In this document: positions 1-11,540 of the stretch, one piece after another
Numbering within the stretch: position 1 is the first letter of the stretch
How the letters are laid out: the number at the start of each line of letters is the position of its first letter
Origin: Salisapilia sapeloensis CBS 127946
Lineage: Eukaryota; Protista; Oomycota
NCBI GenBank assembly: GCA_023334545.1
Contig: JAADVB010000012.1
Coordinates: 78,416 to 142,415 of the forward strand
Reading direction: 5' to 3'
Length of the DNA stretch: 64,000 nucleotides
Program-made: the position numbers and the translations under genes
The notes under the pieces: model-generated
Seen by the model: the letters and a program-made list of their open reading frames with translations, nothing else
Told to the model about the DNA's origin: nothing
The model's database searches: none

Positions 1-869
1 AATGGGAATGCTTTTCAGACAGTTTTAACGAGTACATTGCCATGGACAGAGCGTCCAATGGTAGTCTACTCCAGTTTGCAAAGCACAGGTTGCACCAGTA
101 CAAGAAACTAGCTGTCGAAACGCTCGTCCAGCGGATGGATGATATCTCTGACCTTGAGTCGATCGTGAATAAGTATATTGCGAATGTCTGGACACAAGAA
201 GCACTACACATATTTGAAGGCGTCATGAAGAGCTTAGCATACATGCACAGCCAACGCGTCGCGCACTTGGATCTCGATCCTTGTAACATCGTGTTGGACC
301 GAGAGGAGACGGTTCGACTCATCGACTTTGGCAGTTCCGAAATCATGGATGAGGATAGGAAAGCAGGCGCAAATGACCGGCTGGTCAAGTTCAAACCGTT
401 GTACGTTGCGAGGGAGGTCCGGGCACATAACATGTCCGAGCCGCCTCGACCTGGCTTTGCCGGCGCCCCCGCCGACATGTGGTCTGCAGGTGTCTTGGTA
501 CGTCCTCTTCTGTCCTTAAACCTAGCAGCTCTCTCACATTCATGTATGTAGCTGTATCAGCTTATCTGTTTAGGATACCCGAAAGGCCACTTAGCTCTCG
601 TATGTGACAACAACTGGCGATACAACCTCATGTACCACTTGTACCCGGAGACGAGTCGACGGTGTCTCGGTCAGCAAGGATGTCTCCTTTGCTTCCGTAA
701 TATCTACTTGCCTCCTGCTGTCGAAGACATCCTTCGTGGTCTCTTGATACGTGATCATCCAGAAGACCGCATGTCCGCTAGTACCGTGATACGACTCTTA
801 CAACCTCTCGTGTCACAGTACGAAGTAGATTTCCATCGTCGTGCACAAACAGCGTTAGCAAGCGTGTAG
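1..869 (+). CDS. Ser/Thr protein kinase, CAMK-like, 5' part outside window; intron 498-551
   Basis: Frame is open from the window edge (WECFSDSFNEYIAM). It contains HLDLDPCN, DFG and ADMWSAG. The GT-AG intron 498-551 joins ORF 42 in frame to ORF 630-869. Confidence 0.85.
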
Positions 870-1061
870 ACGACGAGACTTGCATGCAAGTGTAGTGAAG
901 ATTGGAACACAAATCAAAAGTTGATAATGATATGACGTATACTTATTTATATGCTTCCTGCTGGACTTTGGCTCCTCTCGACGTAACCGTTTTCATTCGA
1001 TTGAGTCTTGCTCATGCTTTCGAAACGGCAGTGTCTCCTTGATACGAGTTTATAAGGTCGG

Positions 1062-4037
1062 ATGAAAGGATCTGGATGGTCTTCGTCGTTGCGAAGCGAT
1101 AGTGAAACAAGTCTGCAGCGAGGAAAGTCGAGGCAGTATGATACTTCACCATCCTCCAGCACTCGATCCTCTCCACATGGTAAGAAGAGGACGACTGGAT
1201 CCAAATTACAGCGTACTGCGGTCTCAAACTCTCGACGTCGTGCTGATGACGAAACGTCTTCAAACGCATCGGATAATCCTTCCGTCACGAGCTCTGCATC
1301 CAACATCATGTACAGTAGCAATGTTTATAATCCGCTAAGTCCAAGTGCTTTCTCTGCGTCTTCATCTGAGTTACATGCTCGAGGGACGTCGAGTACAGAC
1401 CGAGGACATAACTTTAAAGTTGTCATTCGAGTGCGACCTCCATTGCCTCGAGAGCTGCATGGTAATCATCCTTTTCAAAACGTGATTGCAGTTGATAAAG
1501 CAGGGCAAGAGATTACCATCTCAGAGCAACTTGGTAACTCGTCCAAGGATGGAGAAGCTGCAGATGGAGGCTACAGTAGTCATACTTTTTCCTTTGATCA
1601 TGTATATGACCAGCAATGTGACCAACAAGCAGTATATGAGAATACGGCGCAGGCAGTGGTCGAGTCATCCCTTCAGGGTTACAACGCCACTATCTTTGCT
1701 TACGGGCAAACCGGTACGGGCAAGACGTATACCATGGAAGGCTTTACTAGTGGTGATGACGGTGGTGTGGAAAAGCGTGGTATCATTCCTCGAGCGATTG
1801 AACAGATCTTCTTCCACATCCGGTCGCATGTATCTCCTAGGACACGTTTCTTGGTTCGTGCATCGTACCTCCAAATCTACAACGAGTCCATTTCCGACTT
1901 GCTCAAGCCAGAAAGGAATCATCTTACGATTCGAGAAGACAAACGTCGAGGTGTCTTTGTCGAAGGACTCTCGGAATGGGTCGTCCGGTCACCGGAAGAG
2001 ATCTACGGTCTCATGGAGCGTGGTGGGTCCATGCGAGCAACAGGCAGTACTAAGATGAATGAAATTTCGTCTCGAAGTCACGCCGTGTTCATTATCATTG
2101 CAGAACAAAGTCAGACGATGTATGTAGATGACCATGGCAACGATATACCTCCAGAAGATTTTTCAAAGCTCGTGCAAGAATACCAGTCTCGAGCAGGTCG
2201 TGGAAATTCAAAGCAGGGGTTACCATCCAAGCTCGAGTCGATGGTTCGACAGAGTTTCAAAGTAGGAAAGCTGAATCTGGTGGACTTAGCTGGATCGGAA
2301 CGTGTCCGGCTCTCGGGTGCCACTGGTCAACGACTGGAAGAGAGCAAGAAGATTAATCAGTCGTTGTCCGCACTGGGCAATGTCATCTCTGCTTTGACGG
2401 ATGCGAGGGGCAGACAGCATATTCCATACCGAGATAGTAAATTGACTCGGATCCTTGAGGACTCGTTGGGTGGTAACTGCAAGACAACGATGATGGCCAT
2501 GGTGTCTCCAGCACATGAAGCCATGGTCGAGTCTTTGTCAACTCTGAAGTTTGCCAATCGAGCAAAGCATGTGAAGAATGAAGCGAAAGTGAATGAAGAC
2601 TTGGATCAAAAGAGCTTATTGCGCAAGTACGAGCGAGAACTAAAGCGTTTGCGAGCAGAGTTGGAAGAAAAGTATCGAAATGTAGTGGACAAGCGTAGGT
2701 TACTAGAATTGGAAGAGCAGAAGCGAAGAGCAGAGGAAGATAAGATGGCTGCCATTCGAGCACTGGAAGAACGCTCGCGTGCATTTATGAAGGAGAAGGC
2801 AGAGAAGAAGAAGCTGGAGGAGCGAATTTCAAAGCTAACGTCGCAGATGCTAATGACAAACCAAAGGAAGGGTCATTTTGGCAATAGTGGACAGGAGTCG
2901 TCGGAGTTTGATCTGGAAGAAGCGTTGAGAGATCAACAAGCGAAAATCAAGAAAGAGTATGAAGGCCGGTTGGCGGATCTAGAAAAGGAGAGGGAGACAA
3001 TTGAACAGGAGAAGGCTCAGGTGGATCGGTACAAGCAGTTACTGCTTAAACAGCGAGATATCATGATCGCATTGACGCAGCGCTTGAATGAACGTGATGA
3101 GCAGATAACAGGACTGCAGGATGAACTCGATGCATCTGATCGAAAGCAAAAGGAGCTAGAAGAGAAACTGGATGAAAAGACAGCACATCTTATCCACCTC
3201 CAACGAGTTACCATGGAGCACAGTGCGAACTCTCCAGCGAAACCGAGTGCGGATTTGATGAACGCATTAGGAGATTGGAGCTCATGCACCAATAAGCCTA
3301 GTAGCGGAGAAACGAATGCACCAGAACAGCTAGAGAAATTAGAAAAGGAAAAGAAGTCACTTCAGTTCCTACTAGATCAAAAGCTAGAACGACTAGTACA
3401 GGTGGAGCTACAAGCACGAGGCAAGACGGGTGATTCGAGTGCGAGTGTGGTTGGAACGAACGGGAGTACGTATCTCCAAGAGCAGATCGTAAAGATGGGC
3501 AAGCAGCTCGATCTGCTTGAGAGTGAGAACAGAGGCTTGAGAGAGACGAATGAACAGCGGATGTTTGAAAAGGAAAGTGGTGCGAGTATGCATCTACAAC
3601 AACGATGTGAAACCCTCGTGAAAGAGAGAAGAGCGATGCAGACGATCATGGAGCAAAAGATCAAGGCGCTCGTCACTGCCGTATGTGACGCCTCTGAAGC
3701 CACGTTACAGTCCGCAGGAGGGACATTGAGCCTCGGAGAGCCTGCACAATGGCTGACAAGGGAAATTAGTGCATTGCAAAGACTAGTGAACGCGTCTATC
3801 GTAGCACTTCGGAATGCCGAAGCAGCGGACGCAAAGCAAGTGAAGCTATCTAACAATCGGGAGGTAGATCCAGTCGTAAAAAGTGACGTCACACCTGCTC
3901 AAGTCAAACCGATCGGTCTGACACCTGATACGAATTCACTATCTCGTAGTAGCTCCGTATCGAATATCTCTGTCGACGAAATGATTCAACAGCGTCGATC
4001 ACAAATGGTCAAAGAGCGACAAGAACGTCAGTCCTAA
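1062..4037 (+). CDS. Kinesin motor protein with long coiled-coil tail, family unassigned, intronless
   Basis: 991-aa ORF with [31 protein letters not shown] and [10 protein letters not shown], followed by heptad-rich coiled coil. Confidence 0.95.
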   Translation: MKGSGWSSSLRSDSETSLQRGKSRQYDTSPSSSTRSSPHGKKRTTGSKLQRTAVSNSRRRADDETSSNASDNPSVTSSASNIMYSSNVYNPLSPSAFSASSSELHARGTSSTDRGHNFKVVIRVRPPLPRELHGNHPFQNVIAVDKAGQEITISEQLGNSSKDGEAADGGYSSHTFSFDHVYDQQCDQQAVYENTAQAVVESSLQGYNATIFAYGQTGTGKTYTMEGFTSGDDGGVEKRGIIPRAIEQIFFHIRSHVSPRTRFLVRASYLQIYNESISDLLKPERNHLTIREDKRRGVFVEGLSEWVVRSPEEIYGLMERGGSMRATGSTKMNEISSRSHAVFIIIAEQSQTMYVDDHGNDIPPEDFSKLVQEYQSRAGRGNSKQGLPSKLESMVRQSFKVGKLNLVDLAGSERVRLSGATGQRLEESKKINQSLSALGNVISALTDARGRQHIPYRDSKLTRILEDSLGGNCKTTMMAMVSPAHEAMVESLSTLKFANRAKHVKNEAKVNEDLDQKSLLRKYERELKRLRAELEEKYRNVVDKRRLLELEEQKRRAEEDKMAAIRALEERSRAFMKEKAEKKKLEERISKLTSQMLMTNQRKGHFGNSGQESSEFDLEEALRDQQAKIKKEYEGRLADLEKERETIEQEKAQVDRYKQLLLKQRDIMIALTQRLNERDEQITGLQDELDASDRKQKELEEKLDEKTAHLIHLQRVTMEHSANSPAKPSADLMNALGDWSSCTNKPSSGETNAPEQLEKLEKEKKSLQFLLDQKLERLVQVELQARGKTGDSSASVVGTNGSTYLQEQIVKMGKQLDLLESENRGLRETNEQRMFEKESGASMHLQQRCETLVKERRAMQTIMEQKIKALVTAVCDASEATLQSAGGTLSLGEPAQWLTREISALQRLVNASIVALRNAEAADAKQVKLSNNREVDPVVKSDVTPAQVKPIGLTPDTNSLSRSSSVSNISVDEMIQQRRSQMVKERQERQS

Positions 4038-4114
4038 GTAATACAAGACGTACGCTAGACATACTTGTTCATCGTGCTGTATTCTGTACACGATAGACAC
4101 ATCGATCTCTTTTC

Positions 4115-6084
4115 TTATTCCATCGCAGCTGCCTCATCTTCACGCGCCAAGATCGGGTCGTCCATCATGTCGACTGCATCATCCGGTCGAGAACCGTCTG
4201 GGATCGGGACACCCCAATCACATTCACTTTCGATGCCATTATTGTCATGATGCATTTGAATACGGAACCACCCTTCTTCACCCCAGTAAGTTCCCCACGA
4301 GTTACGTCCAATCCAGTATTCAGTGTCCGTTTCATCATCATATCCCCATCCGGCAATGGAGACCTCATGGTTGACCATTGGCAGCCATTTCTTTTCGGAA
4401 AAGATACCGCCTTGGTACTGGAGGAACTTGTCGGTGGCATCAATGCCACATCCAATAGGTCCACGCTTGTAGATCTCTGCCTTCATACGATCTGCGCCAC
4501 GCACGCTGCCGTACTCGGACACGTAATACTTGGTGAATTTCTCCACTGGGTCACATTTGCCTGGTGTGAAGGACTCTTTCGTCGGCCAACACGTCTCGCA
4601 GACAGCGTACTTGTCACATTTCAAGTTCTTTGCCTGGTACGCCTGGCATGTCTGGTCCGGAAGACCGTGCTTGTGTGCGTACTCGTACACGACACCAGGG
4701 TTTCCACCGTTGCATGTGCCTCCTCCATGGCAATTGATGAGCACTTGAGGGGCCAGTGCGATCTCAGGCCATGAGCCATTGCGCATAATCATGATACGGT
4801 CCGATAAGGCGCTCGTGGGACCTTGCGCCCAGCAACTGCCACAGTAGACGGGAATGTGCTGGTTCTTGTCCCACGTCACGTAGCTCTTGCCGTTCACGTT
4901 CCTCCAGTCCCACTCCTTGGGTAAAGACTCAATGTCCATCTCTTCATGCGGACGAGCTGAGAGCACGTGTTCTCCTGATGAGAACTTGAGAGGATGACGG
5001 CATCCGCCATTCGTCAATGGCATTTGTCCCATCGCTGAGGTAGGGAACAGGGCAGCAGGGTTGGCATTCGACTCGACACTCAGTTCGTGGTGTGGAGTAA
5101 CTGTCTTGGGCCAGCCATTGTCTTTCGGTACACCAAAGGCGCATTCGCCTTCGATGCCCAAGTTGTTTTCTCCACGCACCAGGCGCATCCAGCCTTCTTC
5201 TCCCCAGAAGCTTCCCCACGAGTTGCGGATGACCCAGTACTTGACGCCGTTCTCTTCGCCCCACCCGGCGACGGAGATAGCGTGATCTACATCCTTGGCT
5301 CCAGTCTTGTCGTGGAAGATTCCGCCAGAGTAGGCTAGGAAATCATCCGTAACAGCGACGCCACAAGCGATAGGTCCACGCTCCATAATCTCTGCCATCA
5401 TCTCATGCTCACCGTTTGTCGTGCCGTACTCGGAGACAAAGTACTTTTCAAACTGCGGCGGCGTGAAGCATCCTTCTCCCGGCATGCAGTTTTCACAAAT
5501 GTCCGTCGCACCACACTTGTTGCCCGTGTCGTGACCAGTGGCGCTGTACCTTTGGCATCCTTCTTCCGGCACGCCGTTCGCGTGCATAAAGCGGTAGGCA
5601 CTCAATGGATCACCACCGTGGCATCCTTGGTCCTCCATATCGCAGTTCAGGATCACTTGTGGTGATAAAACGACCTCACGGTTCACATCCAGTTGCGTAT
5701 GCCCATCGCTCTTGCCGTTCCGCGCCTTCGAGATCATCACACGATCCGCCAACGCCGATGTTGCCGCTATAATCAGTTCGAATTAAAAGGAGTGTATGTA
5801 GCGCTGGAAGAAATGGACGTACACATTGCCCAGCAAGATCCACAGTATCGCGGAATATGCTGGTTCCGTGAGATAGTCACGAAGCGCGTGCCGTTGACAT
5901 TGCGCCAATCAAAGTTCTTGGGTAAATCCGCGCTTGTCAAGTGCAAGTGCGGGCGTTCCGTTTCAATAAGCTCACTACGGTCGTCACTACGGACGTAGCA
6001 GGCGTGACCGACAGGTGACTCTGCATGCACCTCCGATGTGAAGGCACTCGTGAAAAGCAGCGCTAGAGCTGCTACCGATTTCAT
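4115..6084 (-). CDS. CTSZ: Secreted two-domain cathepsin Z/X-like papain (C1A) protease; intron 5767-5822
   Basis: Signal peptide [11 protein letters not shown]. Two copies of QHIP-x-YCGSCWA, the catalytic His (DHAISV, NHEVSI) and RNSWG. Splicing gives [16 protein letters not shown]. Confidence 0.92.
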
Positions 6085-6404
6085 CTTCTTCCTCTTCCTC
6101 CTTCTCGCGCGTTTTGAAGAATGAAAAGATGCGATCTTGTATCGTGAAAACCTTTTATTGAAAATATAGATCCGGTAGCCATTCTTCAATTAGTATAGTT
6201 CACTATATACCTTCACCTGTGATATATAATAAATTAAAAAGAAGATCAGATGAGGTAGATAGCAGATGCTAACGACTACTAGCCGGTAGGTGGGTGTGGG
6301 ATTTAAAAGAGTGCAGAGAGCTCCGTTAAAGCTGTGTCCCACTGTAGGTAGAGGTAGAATGTAGCGAAAGAAAGGGTGTCATGAATCGATCTTGAACGGG
6401 CGCA

Positions 6405-7742
6405 ATGTGGTCAGTTGTGGGAGGTAGGAATCGAAAGTCCGATGTGCTTGGTCTTCCCCCAGATTTCATCTGGACGATGACAGAGTACGTCGGGTATAAC
6501 GACTGGGCGAGTGATGAACTCGGAGTCGTCTTCGCGACAGACTTTGTGTATGACATGGGTGCACAGAATGAACGCGGTGTCTTCATCGCAGAGGACATTG
6601 CGCCGCATACACGTGTCTTTAGTATTCCTCGAAAGTCCCTCTTCACGTCTGCATCAGTCCTGACGCACACAGCCTTGTCCTCCCTCTCATTCTTCCAACA
6701 AGATAGTAAATGGAGCGAGGACGATCGATTGGCCATCGCGCTCTTGTACGAGCGCCATGTCCTCCAGACCTCGTCCAAGTGGGCTCCGCACATTTCCCTC
6801 CTCCCTCAAGCCTACGACAATGTGCTCTACTTTACAACAAAAGAGCTAGAGCTCTTAAAAGGCAGCAACGTCTACCCTGTGGCGACGCAGCTCCAAGAAA
6901 AGCTGACGACGGACTTTGCACAGCTACAGGACGAGGTTCTCCCGTCCTTGTTTGAGGCCATTCCACACGACCAGCGTCCGTCGCAAGATATTTTCGATGA
7001 ATGGTTCTCGTTGGAATCCTATCGGTGGGCACTATCGACTGTCTGGAGTCGATTCGTGTCGATCTCGATGGACGGCGACACGAGTGCGAAAGCCATGGTT
7101 CCTGTCTTTGATATGCTCAACCATGCTCCTGAAGTCGAGATGGCTCACTTCTACGACGCCAAGACGGACGAGTTCGTCCTTGAGTCCCATCAACACTGGT
7201 CTGCCGGTAGCCAAGTGTATATTCCGTACGGCGCCTTGTCCAACCATAAGCTCCTGACTTTATACGGCTTCGTCTTGCCGGAGAATGCGTATGATGCGAT
7301 CGAATTATGGCTTCCGATGGATCCCAATACCAGTTTCTTCTTGGAAAAGGAGAGTAAGCTGCAGGAACTTGGAATTGATCACGAGTCCACACCTCTCGAG
7401 ATCGTCAGTGACGAACTAAACGACCTGTTACTCATCTCTCTACGCATTCAATATATCGAAGCCGACAATCTGGATGTCTTCCGAGACGAATGTGATAAAG
7501 TAATGAAAGGTGAGGCGTTGGATGATGAGCGAGAGAAGCAAGTATTAGCACAGTTGGTCTTAGCGTTGGAAGACATGCTCTCTCGTTTCCCTCCGACGTC
7601 CGAAGATGAAGAATTGGTGGAAGATTTGAGCAAGAGGGAACGTATGGCAATCATGTTACGACAGAGTGATCGACGAATAGTGCAAGATAACATTCGTATG
7701 CTCAAGTGGAAGTTGTTGGCGTTATTACCGGAAGAAAAGTAA
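6405..7742 (+). CDS. SET-domain lysine methyltransferase, Rubisco-LSMT/SETD3/SETD4-like; true start may be ATG 6477
   Basis: Contains RGVFIAEDI, VPVFDMLNH and QVYIPYG..SNHKLLTLYGF, plus a C-terminal LSMT substrate-binding-like helical region. Confidence 0.88.
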   Translation: MWSVVGGRNRKSDVLGLPPDFIWTMTEYVGYNDWASDELGVVFATDFVYDMGAQNERGVFIAEDIAPHTRVFSIPRKSLFTSASVLTHTALSSLSFFQQDSKWSEDDRLAIALLYERHVLQTSSKWAPHISLLPQAYDNVLYFTTKELELLKGSNVYPVATQLQEKLTTDFAQLQDEVLPSLFEAIPHDQRPSQDIFDEWFSLESYRWALSTVWSRFVSISMDGDTSAKAMVPVFDMLNHAPEVEMAHFYDAKTDEFVLESHQHWSAGSQVYIPYGALSNHKLLTLYGFVLPENAYDAIELWLPMDPNTSFFLEKESKLQELGIDHESTPLEIVSDELNDLLLISLRIQYIEADNLDVFRDECDKVMKGEALDDEREKQVLAQLVLALEDMLSRFPPTSEDEELVEDLSKRERMAIMLRQSDRRIVQDNIRMLKWKLLALLPEEK

Positions 7743-7760
7743 AAGTGGGAATGAACATGT

Positions 7761-9295
7761 CTAGTTGGGCGCTTGAAAGATCGTTGTGTGCTTGGCGTTT
7801 TTACCGAGTGCGAGTACTTGTGTTCCATCAGGAGAAAAGTAGATGCGCTGGATGTCGGACGGGAGAGCACTTGGGATGACTTCGAGTGGATCCCATCCGT
7901 CTTCTGTCGAGTAAAAGACAATGTCCTTGCCTCGTGTCATCACGAGTACCTAGGATCGATTAAATATGCATGTAGATGATAACAAAGTAGAGAGCGTACT
8001 TTGCCATTGGGAGATAGATCAATGGATTGACTCGAAGGCTTCTCTTCTTGCGTGAACGTTCTAACGAGCTTTGGATCTTCATTCGCCATGTATCGGACTA
8101 CAAGGTACATTAGATACTGTAGCAACGAAGAGAAGGGCATGACGTACCATTGATGTTCCAAAGCCGGACGGAACCATCTTTCGATGTCGTGACGATGTGA
8201 TTCACCGGGAGCGAGTCGTTGCCATCGAATGCAAGATCTAGGATCCCAGTCTACGTAGCGATTTGTCAAAAGGATAGAGACATTGGATAAAGTAGAAAGA
8301 CGTACGCGATGACCTCGGAGCGACATGATCTTTTGTGTCTTCTTAAATGCACCAGTTTTCTCTCGTGAAATCTCCAAGATACGAACTTCAGGTGTGTAGG
8401 CAGCCACAGCAATGTATCGATTGTCCTTTGAACCGACGCAATGGTAGTTGGCTACTTGATTCGTATTCACTGTCTGCAATAAGTCTCCTTGGATGCTCCA
8501 AAACTTGACTTCAGTATCGGATCCTTCTGCGCTCGTGACAATTGTTGCTGCCTGTGATGACGTTAGTAGAGCTACTTTAGATGACAGACGGATGGGAGAA
8601 TACTTGTCCAACGTCGTTCATCAGAACAGAGTGGACGTCTGTCTTGTGGCTCACTGGAAACTCTGCGACCACCTCTGGCTTATTCTTCAGTTTCTCTGTC
8701 GAGTGCATGTGAGATATAGGAAAGAGATGATCGTCAATAGAGTATTTACGATAGAGACGGACGTTGCCACCTTGCGTTGCGACCACCTAGGACGATGCAA
8801 GTGAGCTGTATTCGTTATATCAATTGCAATTGTACGTACCAATGTCCGACCATCGCATGAAAAGGTCATGGCAGTGGCATGATCAAAGTCTAACGACAGT
8901 TTCTGAAACTTTGGTGTCTTGTCACCTAGCGTCTCACACTGGTAGACTCGAATCGTGCGGTCGCTACTGGCTGTCGCGACGAATCGGCCATTCGGACTGA
9001 AGGCTGCAGCGGTCAATGCGTATTTATGGCCTCGCAATACGTGCAAGACACTTGGGTGTGTCGACGCAGCATCTTGCTCTGCCTGAGCTTGTGCAGACAC
9101 TTGCTTCTTACGCTTCAGCTCGGCCGTGACATCCACTTTCTTCGGTTTGCTCTTCTTCGGCTTGGCTTGCTGCTCTAGCTGCTGTTGCTTTGCTTCCTCT
9201 CGTTTTCTCGCAGCTTCCAACTCTTGCTGCTGCTGATAGTACATATACACAGCTCCTGCAGCTACGAGAAGGAGCGCAAGGACCCACGCGAACAT
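7761..9295 (-). CDS. TBL2: Membrane-anchored WD40 protein, transducin beta-like 2 type, multi-exon
   Basis: N-terminal TM helix (MFAWVLALLLVAAGAVY), a lysine-rich linker and WD repeats (LRGHKYALTAAAFSPNGRFVATASSDRTIR, LRGHR), spread over ORFs 8687, 8577, 7940 and 7761. Confidence 0.8.
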
Positions 9296-10303
9296 GATGA
9301 CCGATGGAACGATTGCAGAGCTTCGTGTCTCCAAGATACGTGTCAACGAGTACCACTCGTGTACCATTATTGAAGTTGTGTGGAAACTTTGCCGGCATGC
9401 GCATCAAGCACGGCATGCACAGAGTATCGTTTGCACTATTGTTCTAAGCCCGTTTACGATTAATTGATTCAAATCAGTAGGGCGGACTGGTACTTGCCAC
9501 AACCGGACGTTTGTTGACCACCCGAACTTCCATGTTTTAGTATCAAGTTCTGCCATCGAAGAACTTATTCGCTTACTCACTCTGCTTTCAAGGAATCGGA
9601 ATGTGCAGCGAACCGAGTAGGCAAGTGATTTCTTTCTGTGCAAAACCGTTTGCTTCGATCCAATAGTTCACGTAGACACGTTCTAGCCTGCTATTTCCTA
9701 GGGTATCAAGCTCGACGTAACGTTCGATGCGAAAAATACAGTTGATAGATCTCTTATGTCTCTCCCATGTGAATCAAACATTCCGCTTGAGCATTGGTAC
9801 GCGATGCCAGACATGGGGTGGTATCTAGAAAAGGCCTTTTCGAAAAACGAAGGTATTGATCCGAGCATATCTGGTCAACGACACACCAACTCGTCTTTCT
9901 TTCTGTTCTTCATTTGCTATTTTAATCCCAACGTACGTTCCTATATCCAAGCCCCTTTACAAGCACCGGAGTAACTCACTCGTGCGCCTTGCCAAGAATC
10001 TGGTTGCCTAGCTGGAAACTGCCTGCTCGCTTGGGCGTCGCCCAAAATACCATTCCGAGCACAGGTATTTATTTCCAAAATTAGCATCACGCACGGCAGT
10101 TCTGCTTTTGGAAACACCGAAGGTTGAAACGGACGCAGTCCCTCAGGCCCTTCACACTTGCTTCCTTCATTCGGTCAAACCGATCGTCCGTCTCCTTCCA
10201 GTGTCAAGCAGTCCGTCTATCACAGACTACTGAACCAGTATTTACACACTTCCTTTCATCCAGTGCTAGCAAGTAGTTCCATTGTCACCATACACAACAA
10301 ACA

Positions 10304-11458
10304 ATGGCCACACCTGAATCCACGGACACGAACATGGCGTTTAAATTTACAGCCCCACTCGACATGAGTCAGTTCGATCTGGGCGTTACCCTGGGGACGG
10401 GATCCTTTGGACGCGTTCGTTTTTCAACTCACAAAGTAAGAATACATCCGTAGGACCATGCTGGGCTTGTCTAACTTTGATCTAGGAAACGTCGACGTAT
10501 TGGGCCATTAAAATCTTGAAGAAAGCTGAGATCATTCGACTCCAACAAGTACCTCTTCCATTTATTTGTACTTGTCGATCATGTTATTTATATTTGATGC
10601 GCAGGTGGAGCATATACTGTCTGAAAAGTCGATCCTCTTATGCCTGAATCACCCGTTTGTGGTGAATCTGGCTGGAACGTTCCAAGATGCCAAGTACCTG
10701 TACATGGTCATTGAGTATGTCATCGGTGGTGAGTTCTTCACGCACCTTCGGAAAGCCGGCCGTTTCGACAACAACACAGCCAAGTTCTACTCCGCTCAAG
10801 TCGTTTCTATCTTCGAGTACCTCCATCGACAGGACTTTATCTATCGCGATTTGAAGCCAGAAAACTTGTTGCTCGATTCCGAAGGGTACATTAAGATCAC
10901 GGACTTTGGCTTTGCGAAACGAGTAGCTTTTAAAACCTACACGCTCTGTGGTACACCAGAGTACATTGCTCCAGAAGTATTGCTTAACAAAGGACATGGC
11001 AAAGGTGTCGACTGGTGGACACTGGTACATTCGATTCTACTTTCCTCTCTTCTTGTGTACTAAACGTTCCCTAGGGCATCCTCTTGTACGAGATGTTGGC
11101 TGGTCAACCACCATTCTGTGACGACGATCCGATGGGCATCTACCAGCAGATTCTATCTGGTAAAATCAACTTCCCTCGGTTCTTTGACCGCAACGCCAAG
11201 GCGCTGATCAAGCGACTATTGACACCGGACTTGACGAAGCGCTATGGATGCCTCAAGAATGGTGTGGAGGACATTAAGAAGCACAAATACTTTAGTGGTG
11301 TTAATTGGGATGAACTGCTTGCGAGAAAGCAAGCAGCTCCGATTATTCCTAAAGTATCGACGGCGAATGATACGAGTAACTTTGATCCGTATCCGGACTC
11401 GTGTGAAGATGCGATCGTCCCGGTGTACAATGGAAAAGACCCGTTCGCAGACTTTTAA
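10304..11458 (+). CDS. PKA-C: cAMP-dependent protein kinase catalytic subunit; 4 exons (introns 10436-10485, 10549-10604, and one near 11026-11075)
   Basis: Contains [43 protein letters not shown] and C-terminal FADF. Confidence 0.95.
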
Positions 11459-11540
11459 AGCATTTCCTGCACATGGACATGAACGTAGGAATAAAGTAAT
11501 AAATGCATAAATCACTTTCAACGCCAACATTCGATTCATC

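Noticed and set aside
9296-10303. 1-kb TBL2/PKA divergent spacer with short ORFs (9404-9643, 9756-9974)
   Set aside because: No motifs or coding-like bias; adequately explained as promoters and a long PKA leader.
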